DNA of 64,000 nucleotides, taken from assembly GCA_030704615.1 (NCBI GenBank), contig CM060733.1, forward strand, positions 51,026,001-51,090,000. Reading direction: 5' to 3'. The position numbers and the translations under genes are program-made. This DNA is from Takakia lepidozioides. Lineage: Eukaryota > Plantae > Bryophyta. Shown in pieces: positions 52,561-64,000 of this stretch. A model generated the notes under the pieces. The model ran no database searches. It saw nothing but the letters and a program-made list of their open reading frames with translations, and was not told the origin of the DNA. How positions within the stretch are numbered: position 1 is the stretch's first letter; each line of letters opens with the position of its first letter.

Positions 52561-52764
52561 ATTCTCTATGCTGATGATGTTGCTCTCTTGGCACAATCTC
52601 CTGTCTTCCTACAACGCCACCTTCACATCCTCGAAGACTTCTCAAAAGACAATGGGTTGCAGGTCAATTTTAGCAAAACTAATATCATGGTTTTCAATGG
52701 CCATGTGGACCGAAGATTCCTCTTCAACCATGAAACTGAGGTTGTCCACTCAACCAAATTCTAG
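52561..52764 (+). mobile_element. Non-LTR retrotransposon RT fragment
   Basis: ILYADDVALLAQSPVFLQRHLHILEDFSKDNGLQVNFSKTNIMVF (RT motifs 5-7). Confidence 0.9.
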
Positions 52765-54494
52765 TTCGCCTCAACTGCTTTGGACAGATTGACAAAGGGC
52801 AAGGCTGCCTCCATCCACCTTCAGGCCAAATGCAAACAGATACGTCGGCGCCACCCCCCAACCAAAAAGTGGCTCTTTGACACACAATTGTCACCCGGCC
52901 ACCACCCCATGAACCCCACATCCAGCACCGGAGTTTTACTATAACCATGTTGATACCTACTGTTGAGAAAAGGGATAGACTTGGTTGGAGACATGTTTCT
53001 TTATTAAGGTCATTGCCAGTGCTGGGGCCCGTAGCACTGAATCAGTCCCAGTACACCAAAGCCTTTCCAAGAGCCATTGACTAAGAATGTACTCATAAGA
53101 CGTTGTTTGCCGTAGCCTTGTGGCCATTGACCCGCCATTGACTAAGAGACACATGGGGAGAATAGGAATCCCAAGCACCGTGTTTGGAACTCTCTGGTTA
53201 AAAAAAAGGAAGAACAAAATACATTCTAGTATCGAATGACAGAATTATCACATACAGAAACTAAAAAGGAAACAACCTTTACAGCCGAAGGGGTATATTT
53301 CTGGAACATTTCGGAGAAGATGATCGTCCACACCAACCGTTGGGAACAGGAAAACATCTCAACAGTCAAATGCCTATTCCGGAGATACTCGCATTCTTGC
53401 CCCTTCATCTATCTTCTCTCCAAATCCTCCAGGCAGCTAAGATGTCTAACAATGAAGAAGAGAGATATCTCTCTACTGCCGTTCAAAATTGTGCTCGACT
53501 GGAGCAAAGCCTCACACACAATCTCGACCTTTTCCCCAATCTGTTTGTGTGCCCTTCTGCCCGCGTCTTCATCTAATCCCTGTTTATGTCTCCTTCTGGC
53601 TGCTCCTGTATATGCAAAGAGTTTGTTTAACTTATCTACCAGGATGCCAGATGTGACAAAGATTACTTAATCCAATCAAGATCTTATACATATGAAGAGA
53701 GCAAGGTTTTCATGGCCACATGTTTGAGAGACATGGGGGGTTCTCCACTGTGAACAGAGGACCAGATTGCAAGCCTGTTGGGTGCAGCTGAATCAATCAT
53801 GGCTGTTGAAGAAAATTAATGCAATAAACTGCTGCTTGATGGCTGCAGTTGCCAAATACTAATTCATAGTTCTCATCAATTTTCCTGAGAGAAGATTGAT
53901 GAGGGGTTTGACATGTGTCTTCGCTCAAAAAGTAGTGATGGAGTGCTACACCTAAGGATTCAGATACTAACTTTCGCATACCACATCCAGGCTACACAGA
54001 CCCCTGGTTTTGTCTCTTAGCATTCATGGGTAGACATTAGACAGTTGCAAGTTACAGTTTCTTTCCCAGCATTCCAGGACATGTGAGGTTGAGACGTGAG
54101 ACAGTTTGGTTCGACAACAAGGGCAGAATACACCACTTTGCCCTTGATTGTGCATCTGTTGTGAAGCATGAAGCCCCTTTTCCGAGTTTCTTTCTTTATC
54201 TCTTTCTTTCTCTTAGTGGTCATTGGTTTGTTGTACAAGTTACAAGCTGTTAAAATTTATGTGCAATCACGGACCATCTAAAGTGGTCAAACCTCTACAA
54301 ATGGACAAAAAAACTTTAGGCCCGAGGGAGGCCAAATGTATTGGTAACAGGAAAAAATAACCTCACATGACAGGCCATGAGAAATGTTTGATGCGATAAA
54401 TATCGGTAATACTTTGGCTTTTCTTAATACTTGTAGTTATCAAATTTACAATTGTGAAAAGTAGTGCTAGTAGCGCACTCAATTCAGACACTTG

Positions 54495-54800
54495 TAAGCT
54501 GCAGCAAAGGTGAAAATGGGCATGCTTTGTGACGTTGAGGTCCTCTTGGGATTGCAATCGGTTATGCCTTTGTTGTAGTCAGTGAATGCTCTTATCAAGT
54601 TTTCTCAATCTAGGGATGTCTTTGTGTGTGACTACATTGTTGCAGTCAAGATCTATCAAGGTGATTTATGCAGGTTGTATTGTGACTCAACCACGGCATT
54701 AATCCAAGCATTTGATTTTCCTAATTTACTGGTGTGGTTGGCAATACAAGCTGCCGATTGGGTGTGTGACCTGGACATAGGTGAAGAGAGCCTTTCTTTC
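54495..54800 (+). mobile_element. Probable hAT-family (ZNF862-like) transposase fragment
   Basis: LCDVEVLLGLQSVMPLL*SVNALIKFSQSRDVFVCDYIVAVKIYQGDLCRLYCD resembles hAT-type transposases as remembered from bryophytes; one in-frame stop. Confidence 0.6.
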
Positions 54801-55019
54801 AAACGACAACCAAGTTGTAGCCCAGTGATAATGGGCACATAGTACCTCGGAAGTGGTTGTGGGTTCAAACCACCCTTGGTGTCACAAAGTGTCCACCTTC
54901 CTAGCGGAAGGCAGTAATCATTTGGGGTGAAAAGACACCATAATTTACGTTGCCTTCGGGAGGCGTCAAATACCATACCATTTCTTTCAAACTCATGGGT
55001 TCTACTAACATGGCAATAT

Positions 55020-58000
55020 TATTGAACTCTTACAAATATGAGAGTAAAACCACAAAATCATTGTCCTCACAATGTTACGATTCTACATTGAGTCAGTAAC
55101 AAAATGAGCAACTACAGAAATAAACCGCGCTGCCAGATTAAAATAGTTCGAAAGGCGGAAACCTCGCCGCCAGATTCAACTTGTTCGAAAGGCGGGAAGA
55201 ACTAGAACACATGGCAATTGTCAATCCACCTAGCCTTAATTCACAGTTCAAGCAAAAGACAAATAATTATCTAGAAGAACAAAACTAGTTGACAGTGTGT
55301 TCAAGTGGATGTAAAAACAACGATCCAATAAGTCTCCCACTCAGACAGTAGAACACATAGGATCAGCAATGAAATTTGAAACAAACTCCCATTGTTTGGT
55401 GCCATTCAATCCAAACTAATACATGCTTCCATTGTTTTTGGTGTCAATTGCTTCCACTGCTATCTTCGTCAATTTCACCACATTCTGCTGCAGATGGTGG
55501 AGATGTGACTCCCATCCGCCGCCGAAACTTGCAAAATACTTTCTTGCAATGGCCTTTGTCATCACGTTTTCAATTTGGTCATTGGTGTGCACATATGAGA
55601 TATAAGTGATATCTTGCATCCGATACTTTTCTCTAATGAAATGGTATTTGACATCCACATGTTTTGTCCGTCTCCCCAAATCAGGGTTCTTCACAAAACG
55701 CCCGCGGTTATGGGGCCGCTTCTCAAGCTTACCTGAGCTTGGCCAAGCTCACAGGCTCACGTGAGCTCATGAGCAGGCTCACGAATTAGTATTCCTCCTT
55801 ACTGGGTTGGATTCCTCTATATGAAATCTCCTTATGATTGAGCCAATGTATCTCTTTTGTGCCAGAAAAAATTGTTCTCCTTGCTCGATCACGTGTGACC
55901 TCCAATCCCACATAATAACCCATGTCTCCCTTCACGATTTGGAAGAATTGGTTGAGGTAATCAACGATGTCATCCAATTTTTGCCCATTAGTGGAGCATG
56001 AGATTCCATCATCAACAAAAATTCCCACAATACTTTTGGTCGCATTCTCATTGCTTCTTGCAAAATAGACGCATGGGTCCGCATTGCTTGAAACCAAATT
56101 GTATTGCACCAAAAAACTATCAAATTTCTTATTCCATTGTCTAGCTGCCTGCTTCAAGCCGTATAAACATTTCTTCAGTGAGCAGACTAGTGATTCCCTT
56201 CCTTGATGAGTAAAACCATACGGCTGGTCCATGAAAGTCTCTTCTAGCAAATCCCCATTTAGGAACGTTGTTTGCACATCAAATTGTGAAAGCCCCATGT
56301 CATCATGTGCTGCTACCAATTCGAAAATGACGCCGATAGAATTATGTTTGATGACTGTGGAATAGGTCTCATCATAGTCTAATCCTGCCTATTGCGAGTA
56401 TCTCTTTGCGACCAAACGAGCCTTGCCTCTTTCCACCGAACCATATACTTCACTTTGTATAATACACATTCCACGGTTTTTCGCCTCTTTGGCAAATTCT
56501 GCAACTCCCACGTAGACTTGTATAAAATAAGAGAATCATATTCTTTTTTCAAATTACACTGATGGATGAATCTCTTTATACTTATATCCATCTTCCCTCT
56601 ACCCAAAGATATTGGCTGTTGCTATCATCACAACTGACCATGTCTTCTTGGCCATAGGTCTCAAGTTCTCGAACAGTTCAAGTCGATCAGTCATGTGCTC
56701 GAAGCTCCAGCATCAGCGTACCATGTATTTTTATCGTTACTCTCCACAAAAAATGCATGTGACTGTATTGCAAAACTTTCAAGGGATATGCTGGAAGCCA
56801 TCAATGCTTCATTCTCATGATCATGCTTAAAATCCATCGATTGCTCTGGTCGAGTTTCTTTGATTGTGAGCATTCACCCAAGCAATGTTCTTTGCTCTTA
56901 CAATCTTTGCTTGCAGTCACCATCTCATGTGGCGGCTTAGACTTACTTGCCTGTGGAGTACACTCGTTTGTCCAATGGCCTCTCACGTGACAATCTTTGC
57001 AATCAGTTTTCCTCCGCTCCAGTTTAACTTTTTTCTGGATGTGCTCCTCCATCTTGCTCATCATAAATTTTCTTCTTCCAGTCCTCAGGAGGTATAGTGT
57101 ATGCCATAATTAGGGCTACCACTCCTCCAAATTCTGCTTCAATTGTCTTTACAATTTTTGCTTCACTCTTCTCACTACCTTTCTCCTTCTTCTTATTAAG
57201 TTGTGTGCACTCATTTGTACAGTGCCTTAGCTCTCCACAATTATTGCAGGTGGTCTTCTTCAACAAGTTCTTGATGTAGTTGTTATCCTCTGACTTTTCC
57301 TTTCCATTTTTGTCATTTAATCTTATTGGTCCAGATCTAGTAAAGAAAGCCTTATCATTGTCACTCTCCACTATTCCTTGCAGTTTGTTCATGCTCTCCC
57401 ATATTTGTAATATAAGTTCAATAAGTTATGGGCCCACACTCGTGATTAAGAGAGTAGAAAGCACAAAGGAGATGGAGTAGGATAATCAAGATATAAAAAC
57501 GATGGAGTTCAAAGATTTGGTGTAGATTGTGAAATGAAATGGAGAAAACTTTACCCTCTAGAAGTTTCAGATGGAGATTGTCCTGACAGCAAAAGAGTTG
57601 CTAGAAGTCGTCACTGGAGGTGAGACCGAGGAGGCAACAACAGATAAAGTTGCATGGAACAAGAAGAAAAATACTACAAGGATGATACTAATTAGTACAG
57701 CTTTGACATGGATCATTTACAAATGATGGTGCAATGTAAGACTGCAAAGGATATGTGGACGAAGCTAATCACTACACACGAGCAGCACTCTACAAAAAAC
57801 GTGTATATGTTGCAGCACCAATTCTATGAGTACAAGTATCAAAGAGGAGACAGTATTGCTACACACATTTCAAGAATAGAGCATATGGCATAGCAGCTTA
57901 GTGATCTTGGAGAAGAATTTTCTGATAAAGCGATCATAAATGAGAATGTATGCAGTCTACCGCCGAGCTACAGACATGTTATATGTGCATGGAGAAATGT

Positions 58001-58146
58001 ACCTTAAAATACCAAGACAATGAAGAACGTCACTATCAGGCTGATGGAGGAAGAAAAACCAGACACAAAATCAATGTTCTCACAATGCCACGATTGTACA
58101 TTGAGTCAGTAACAGAATGAGCAATTATAGAAAGAAACCTCGCCGC
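55020..58146 (-). mobile_element. Decayed Ty1/Copia element with an internal inversion and no recognisable integrase
   Basis: Parts: 3' LTR 55020-55330; PPT ~55332-55342; RNase H (RRTKHVDVKYHFIRE); RT (QFDVQTTFLNG, LKKCLYGLKQAARQW, IFVDDG); protease (WYADAGAS); two CCHC knuckles. The PBS and gag N-terminus are on the + strand at 57424-58056. The 5' LTR remnant 58057-58146 matches 55047-55130. Confidence 0.92.
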
Positions 58147-59157
58147 TCAAGTCGTAGTACCACTGACTTTTACGGAGGATCTCGAGATGAAAAATTTTAA
58201 ATGTGGTCCACGGAAATACCTGTGGACTTTTTTGGAGGAGGAAAATGAGGACTTCCCGGATGAGACGATTTTCAAGAACAAAGAAAAAAATGCTGGGAAC
58301 AAGGCACGAGGAACAAGACATATGCTCGTACAAACATCCGTACTGAGATCAAGCTGAAGAAAGCAAATGGATTATGGAAAATTCAAAAGAGGATATGTCG
58401 CCAATGTACAATGAGGGCATGTTTACCGGGCCTTTACAACGTGCATTGGAGGAAGAATATGGAAATTTGAAAAATATCGTGTTCCAAATTTTTACTGGTA
58501 TTTAATTAGCTTGTCAACAAGGCATTGCAATGAAACTTAAAGTCTTGTTGCGAGCTCTTTGACAGTGCATGTCTTTTTGCAAGCGTAATGACAAATATGA
58601 TATTTGCATGTTGATATGGTGAGGTATTATCTTTGTTCATAGTCGTAGTGTTCTTGATGTTTGTTTTTTTATCGTGACTCTATGATTCTTTTCATTTCTT
58701 TCATTCTTTGTTTCGCTCTCTCTCACATATGCCTCATTGTATCTTTGTAGATACTACATTTGAACATCACCACTCGATGAAAGAGACAATGCCTCAAAAA
58801 GATCATTGACTACAGTATTTGGAAGAAGAAGAAGAGACTAGATATGAGATCTCTTAAGCAACTACCCCGATAAAATGGACAAGTAAACGGAACAAATGGG
58901 AAGGTGAAGCTTGAATTATCAATCTAACAAATTTGCCTATAAAGAGATAAGGGAAAAATCGGAGAAAAGAAAAGTCACCAAAGAGAAAAAAATAAAATAA
59001 AACTCTTCGACATTGAGAAGATAAAAAGAATGCAGCCCAAGAAGAAAACAAGAACAAATCACGTGAGCTACAAGAGAAAATCTTCAATGCAAACGAAATG
59101 AAAGGTTAGAAAGAGAAAAGATGACACAAGGGAACGGTAACAAAAGTTTTAAGTATA

Positions 59158-59342
59158 GGATAAGATAAGATAAAGTTTCTTTAACGTCCAGTGAATCTAC
59201 AGAGCCTACTGCTCAACACACTGGCCATCGAGGGCCCAATGGACGATCTGAAGGCACATGTAGAAGGATTGAACCCAGGATCACCTCGGTTATGCATATG
59301 CAAGGCACAAACACCCAACCACTGGGCTACCTGCTCAAGTGC
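59158..59342 (-). mobile_element. tRNA-derived SINE, full-length copy with (TTATC)3 tail
   Basis: Reverse complement of the 20782 element, with A and B boxes intact. Confidence 0.88.
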
Positions 59343-61018
59343 CCAGGATAGAAAATGGAGTGAGACAAAATCTATGATACTACTTCCAACATTTGGGTTA
59401 TAGATAAGTCTTTCAAAAGACTTATAGATCACGTGTTAGCTTGTAGAGAGGGAGAGATAAACATTAACATATGGGAGGTAAGGGGAGACCATCTTATACA
59501 AGAGAGAAAGATAAAATGTTGAATCTACGCGTGGTTAAAGAATTTTTTTTTATCAATAATGGTGTTCTCATTGCGGTAGATGTACCTTTAACAATTTTTT
59601 TATTTTTTTGGATAAAAGAGGAGGAAGCCCTTTGGAGCTTTTTTTATTTTTATTTTTAATAAATTTAAAGAGATAATTATACTAAACCATTTTCATGCTA
59701 AGTGAGTGCTAGAAAAGATCAATAAGACTATTCGGAATGCATACTAAGTACACCATTGTGCAAATGACAATGTACACTATTTCTAGATAAGATTTCAAAT
59801 TAGTATGAGATAATTAAAATGAGGCATAAAGTAGGCCATATGAAATATACTAGACAATTTGACAGACTTTAATCATTTTCCACGGGGACTGTAAGCAAAA
59901 AATGAATGGGGCTATTTGAAATGTAAAGCGACCATTGTGCAAATGACAATATGTACTATCAATTTAAGATGGGGTATAGGATAGGTGATACTGTCATATG
60001 AAAGATAAGAGACAATTCAACTCACTTGAATAATTTTCCATGCTTAGAACTGTATCTAGAGAGTTGAAGGAGAAAGACTATTTGGGATGCAAAGTGAACA
60101 TGACACTCTGTCCAATCTTTCAAACATTTGCTGCGTATATGCAAAATAGTCATCTTTTAATGGATGACTAATAGTGTGTCCAAAATTTTGTGATAAACAT
60201 AACGTCTTCTTATAAATCATTGATATAACACGTGCACATTAATAAGCATGCTTAGGAGGACCATAATGTCCTCTACACAATTTTACACTTGCTTCGGCAA
60301 CGCATCCTACATTTTTCTTGTTTTTCCCTCTACACTAACACTCCGGGAAAAAAACTCCACAACAGTGGATTGATCTATAGAACACTTTTTCATCTCAAAG
60401 TCCTCCCTCAAAGTCTCCTTCTCAATGGTACAACAAAAGCTGGGCTCCAAGTCAACACTGTTCCCTACGCGCTAAAATAGTAGCCATTTGCATTATCATG
60501 TTTGGCTGTTAATAAACGTCGCCGTTCGTGGGAATATAACCCGAGGAGGTGAAAAGCTCAAGTACCAGTCTAGTTAGGGACCCGCATCCAACTAACTGGC
60601 CACAGAATCTTTAAAAGAGCCAGTGTCCACTCATGAAGCCCCCCTTTCCCTTCTCATCTGCCTGTCCTTCCCCTCATTTTTCTACCCGCCCCTCCACTTC
60701 GTCATGCCATCTTCTTACTGGCTGATTTTTTTTGAAATGAAACTTGGCCCTACATATTGGGAGACACATACATAGTTTTGTGTTCTTGTCCATGTCATAT
60801 TAGCCTTCGGTGCCGCACTATCTGAACGAAGGCGGGCCACTTTGAGACCACTTGCAGGCCTTTCATACGAGCCTTTCATGCAAGCGCATACTTGGATCCC
60901 GGGCGTTGCTATGTGGGGTTGACACTTGACAAAAAGACTAACTCATCCGTGTGTGATGGGTGTCTATAGTTGGAACCAGTGTTGGTGGGTATATGGGTTA
61001 TACCCACCGGACTGGGCT

Positions 61019-63309
61019 TTATGTCCGTAGGCTCGGGGATAATACATTATTTTTTGCAGATCGACCGAGACCTGCCTTTGACGATCGCAAAACTGCCTCG
61101 TCACCAGCTAGCTTCACACACTGGTAATGTACATCTGTTAAGATGTTAAATTTCTCTCCCTCTTTGCTGGTCTCTACAGCTCTGAGATTCTTCCGAGCCA
61201 CTTCCGAGCTCGAATAATCCTCCCTATGCCTCTAAGCAACGATTGTATGCTGCAACAACCATCAAATCAAGTGGTTAGTTATATATAGAAATAAATGATC
61301 TAGTATTTAAAATACACAGAGAATGTAAAAAAAAACTGGTGACGGAAACACACTTGTATTTTGCGAATAGTTCATTGTGCGTGGAGAGTTGGGAATTAGG
61401 AAGCAAGGATCAACCGGATGTATGAACGATTGGTAATGAGAACATGATGAAGGTAAACATGGATGAAAGCACATGGTACTAACGAATGGTGATTTGGATG
61501 CAAAACTGTTACAGTGTTACTTTAACTGGGGAGAGGATGAATGGAAAGTGAGCAGTTAGCATTGGCGAAGCTCGTTCATGAGAGCGGGACTCCAACGTTT
61601 TGCCGCCATGGATGAGATCAAGGACAAACAAAGCCAAGGCAGCATGGATGACGACGGGATGGCAGCATGTGCAGTGTGTTGATGCGGGATCAATAAGCGG
61701 CTGATACACCGCCGCCCTAGGACAGTATGGTGCATAACTACGCAGACGCTTGTAATTACGTTTTGGGCCTTTGGATGTTATCCAGACTTGATTAAAAGGC
61801 CACATGTCCACATATTAAATGCATTTGAGATAGGCACATCCGGTGAAGGATGGGTGTTTAGTAGTATAATAAACTCTGAGCGGTTATTAGAATGGATCGG
61901 CTCCATGAGAAGGGCTAATCTAGGGGTTTGGAGGGTACAAGGCCGGGTAGAGAGAGTTCAGTAGTTTAGTAGTTCGGAAACTAGAGGGCAGAGGCTAGAG
62001 AAACTAGCGTGATGACGATGGGAGAAGAGAGCTTAGAGCTAACAAGACATTATGCATGGGATTAGAGAGGATCTATTAGTTTGATAGTTGACACAATATA
62101 GAAATCAGAGAGTAGTGAGACAAAGCTACGCTTCGTTGATGCTTGGCGGCCAGTCGGGCGTCCTAGTGATATAAAGGAAACCGTAGAAGTACAAAACATT
62201 TTGTGTTGAAGTCATGAAACCAGTTGTGAAAGGAAGTGGGAAGGCTTTATGGTGCACATTTGTGTACGAGAGAACTGGATGTTGAAGGCCATCGTGCCGA
62301 TACTGCTCGTGAGCATAATCATTATAGGAACTTAGAGTGCAGATTGCACGAATCAGAACTTGGAAATAGAATTAGAGGTTTGGCACCCTTTGGCACTTTG
62401 AAGGACGGCGGGCCGAACTACTAGAGAGAGGCCCCGGATCGTGAGAGGGAAAAGCAAGAGTGAACCAATACCAACAACCGAACACACTCAAGAGCATCCA
62501 GAGGGATCAATGGACGGGCATACTGGTTAACGTAGCCATGCTAGGACATATGGAATGAAGCATTGATCACGAACCGTGGGATGCTGAACCAGATAAACGA
62601 GATAACGGGGTGCAGGTGCCACGGGCGTCGCCCCAACGTGGGGTCACGATATCTTTACTGAGCATTTGCCATGGGTTGGGAATTGAACCATGAAAAGATA
62701 AAGAGTGTGAGTGGCATATGCATGTGTGAGAGGTCTAGTCTAGGTGTCATGATGTTTTCCTGCTTCCGCTGCAGCATCATGCAGCATCGAAACCGGACTG
62801 ACAGGTTGTAACTTGAAGAGGGAACGAGAAGAGTTATACTGGTGGGTGATACAGGGCCCCCATTTTTACTTTACATCTTCTTGTTCGGACAAATCCTCAA
62901 TACTTATGGTAGTATCAAATTTGCAAAATTGTCGCCACTCATCAAATGTCTTTCTTGCCTAGCTTTCAACACGTCTGCTACGACAGCGCCCTCCAGCATT
63001 TACGTGTTTCAACTCCTCTGCATTGAACTCCCGAAATCGAGAAGTATGATCACCATCAGCAAGTTGGAATCCATCAACGTCTAGATTTTCTTGGTCGCTC
63101 TCATCTAGGGAAGCTTCAGCATCAAGAGTAACTCCTTGATTGGAGTATGAGTTTTTGATATGCCGCTGCTCCATAATAGCAAAAAAATTAGAGGCAATAT
63201 CATGAAGAGAACCAACGATGACAACCTCCGATCTCGTAATGGAATCGAGTAGATGCATTTTTGAATCTCCAGAGGCTGCATGTTGCTTGACTACCGCACT
63301 TTGATGCAC
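61019..63309 (-). pseudogene. Two fragments of a Crypton/DUF3504-like (tyrosine-recombinase element) N-terminal region
   Basis: 63309-62869: ..SRRVES*ARKTFDEWRQFCKFDTTISIEDLSEQEDVK. 61250-61019: SIQSLLRGIGRIIRARK/NLRAVETSKEGEKFNILTDVHYQCVKLAGDEAVLRSSKAGLGRSAKNNVLS, with an 11-bp duplication frameshift near 61190-61210. No catalytic domain is visible. Confidence 0.55.
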
Positions 63310-64000
63310 ATGGACATTGTTAGAATTACTGAACAGATCTCAAGAAGAAATGCTTCATCTCATTGTTTGTCAAGGCAGACACCTCCTCTGTAATTTCCAT
63401 TGGAATGAGCGGGAGACCTTATCACCAAAATCAGCAGAGGAGAAAGATCTAAAGCTAATTGCTCAAAAATTAACAATCACACACTCAATTTATCACATCT
63501 TTGACACCACGGAATATAACAGAAAACATCAGGTGGTGTTGCGTTAGGTGCCTTGAACAAAGATCGAGACCTGTCGACCAGTTTGGCGAAGCAAGTGACT
63601 GCTAGAAGACCGCCGAACTGACAGTTGCAGGTCGAATGGAGCAGGCTCGCGTTCACGAACAGATCCACGGTTAGGGATTTAAGAAAGTGGGCTTGGAGAT
63701 GGCAAGGGTGGAGAAGAGAAAAGAATGATGGTGTACAGGCATCTAGAGCAGATCTGTATTGACAGGAAACTAGTGTAGCATGGCGTGGTGGCTGGGCGGA
63801 CCGGATGTAGCCGGTGCTGTGCTTTTTGGTGAGCAGAAAAAGAGGTCGTGAGAAGAAGAAAAAAGATCGATCTGCACTGGTCTATGGTGATAGAATGTGT
63901 TGATGCACGGTGTGGTGGAGGGGCGGACTGGACATCGTAGTCCAGTACTGTGCATAGATAGAATGGCATGAGATGAGTACATAGATTGACAGGTAGATCT

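Noticed and set aside
53236-53670. 144-aa ORF and overlapping frames
   Set aside because: No recognisable domain or splice structure; lies among repeats.
58150-58500. Acidic coding-like fragment
   Set aside because: Frameshifted and too short to assign.
59740-60110. Degenerate ~180-bp tandem units (also ~30-70-bp units at 34825-34945)
   Set aside because: Ordinary decayed tandem repeats with no additional structure seen.
1-64000. Hammerhead ribozyme/retrozyme, rRNA or organellar insertion
   Set aside because: No CTGANGA/GAAA core in a proper stem context and no rRNA or plastid-like tract were noticed by eye; a covariance-model search would be needed to exclude them.

Overview
Eukaryotic nuclear DNA from a land plant, most likely a lineage with flagellated sperm such as a bryophyte (inferred from an intact CFAP299 plus a thylakoid-lumen gene; the species cannot be fixed from this window). 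1-20.4 kb is gene-dense. It holds RAD50 (minus strand; 20 exons and 1085 codons reconstructed, continuing off the left edge), head-to-head with CFAP299 (plus), which is tail-to-tail with a thylakoid lumenal 17.9 kDa-like gene (minus). 20.8-64 kb is mostly decayed transposon sequence. It includes tRNA-derived SINEs, RTE-X-like LINE ends with (ATTTC)n tails, Copia and Gypsy remnants, a solo LTR, non-autonomous TIR elements and a uridine-kinase-like pseudogene. Two related AP2/ERF genes also lie there, one intact and one missing the DNA-binding beta-sheet. Leads most worth checking: (1) a fragmented Crypton/DUF3504-like tyrosine-recombinase-element ORF; (2) a CCCC...GGGG element at a TTAA site, piggyBac-like, nested in a SINE; (3) a TIR element with a 10-bp TSD carrying a palindromic repeat/spacer array, whose ~22-bp core recurs in two other loci; (4) a Copia with TA..TA LTR ends and an internal inversion; (5) multi-kb decayed intron-less ORFs of unknown origin. 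All family assignments are by eye and memory, with no database search. I found no complete, demonstrably novel functional system.
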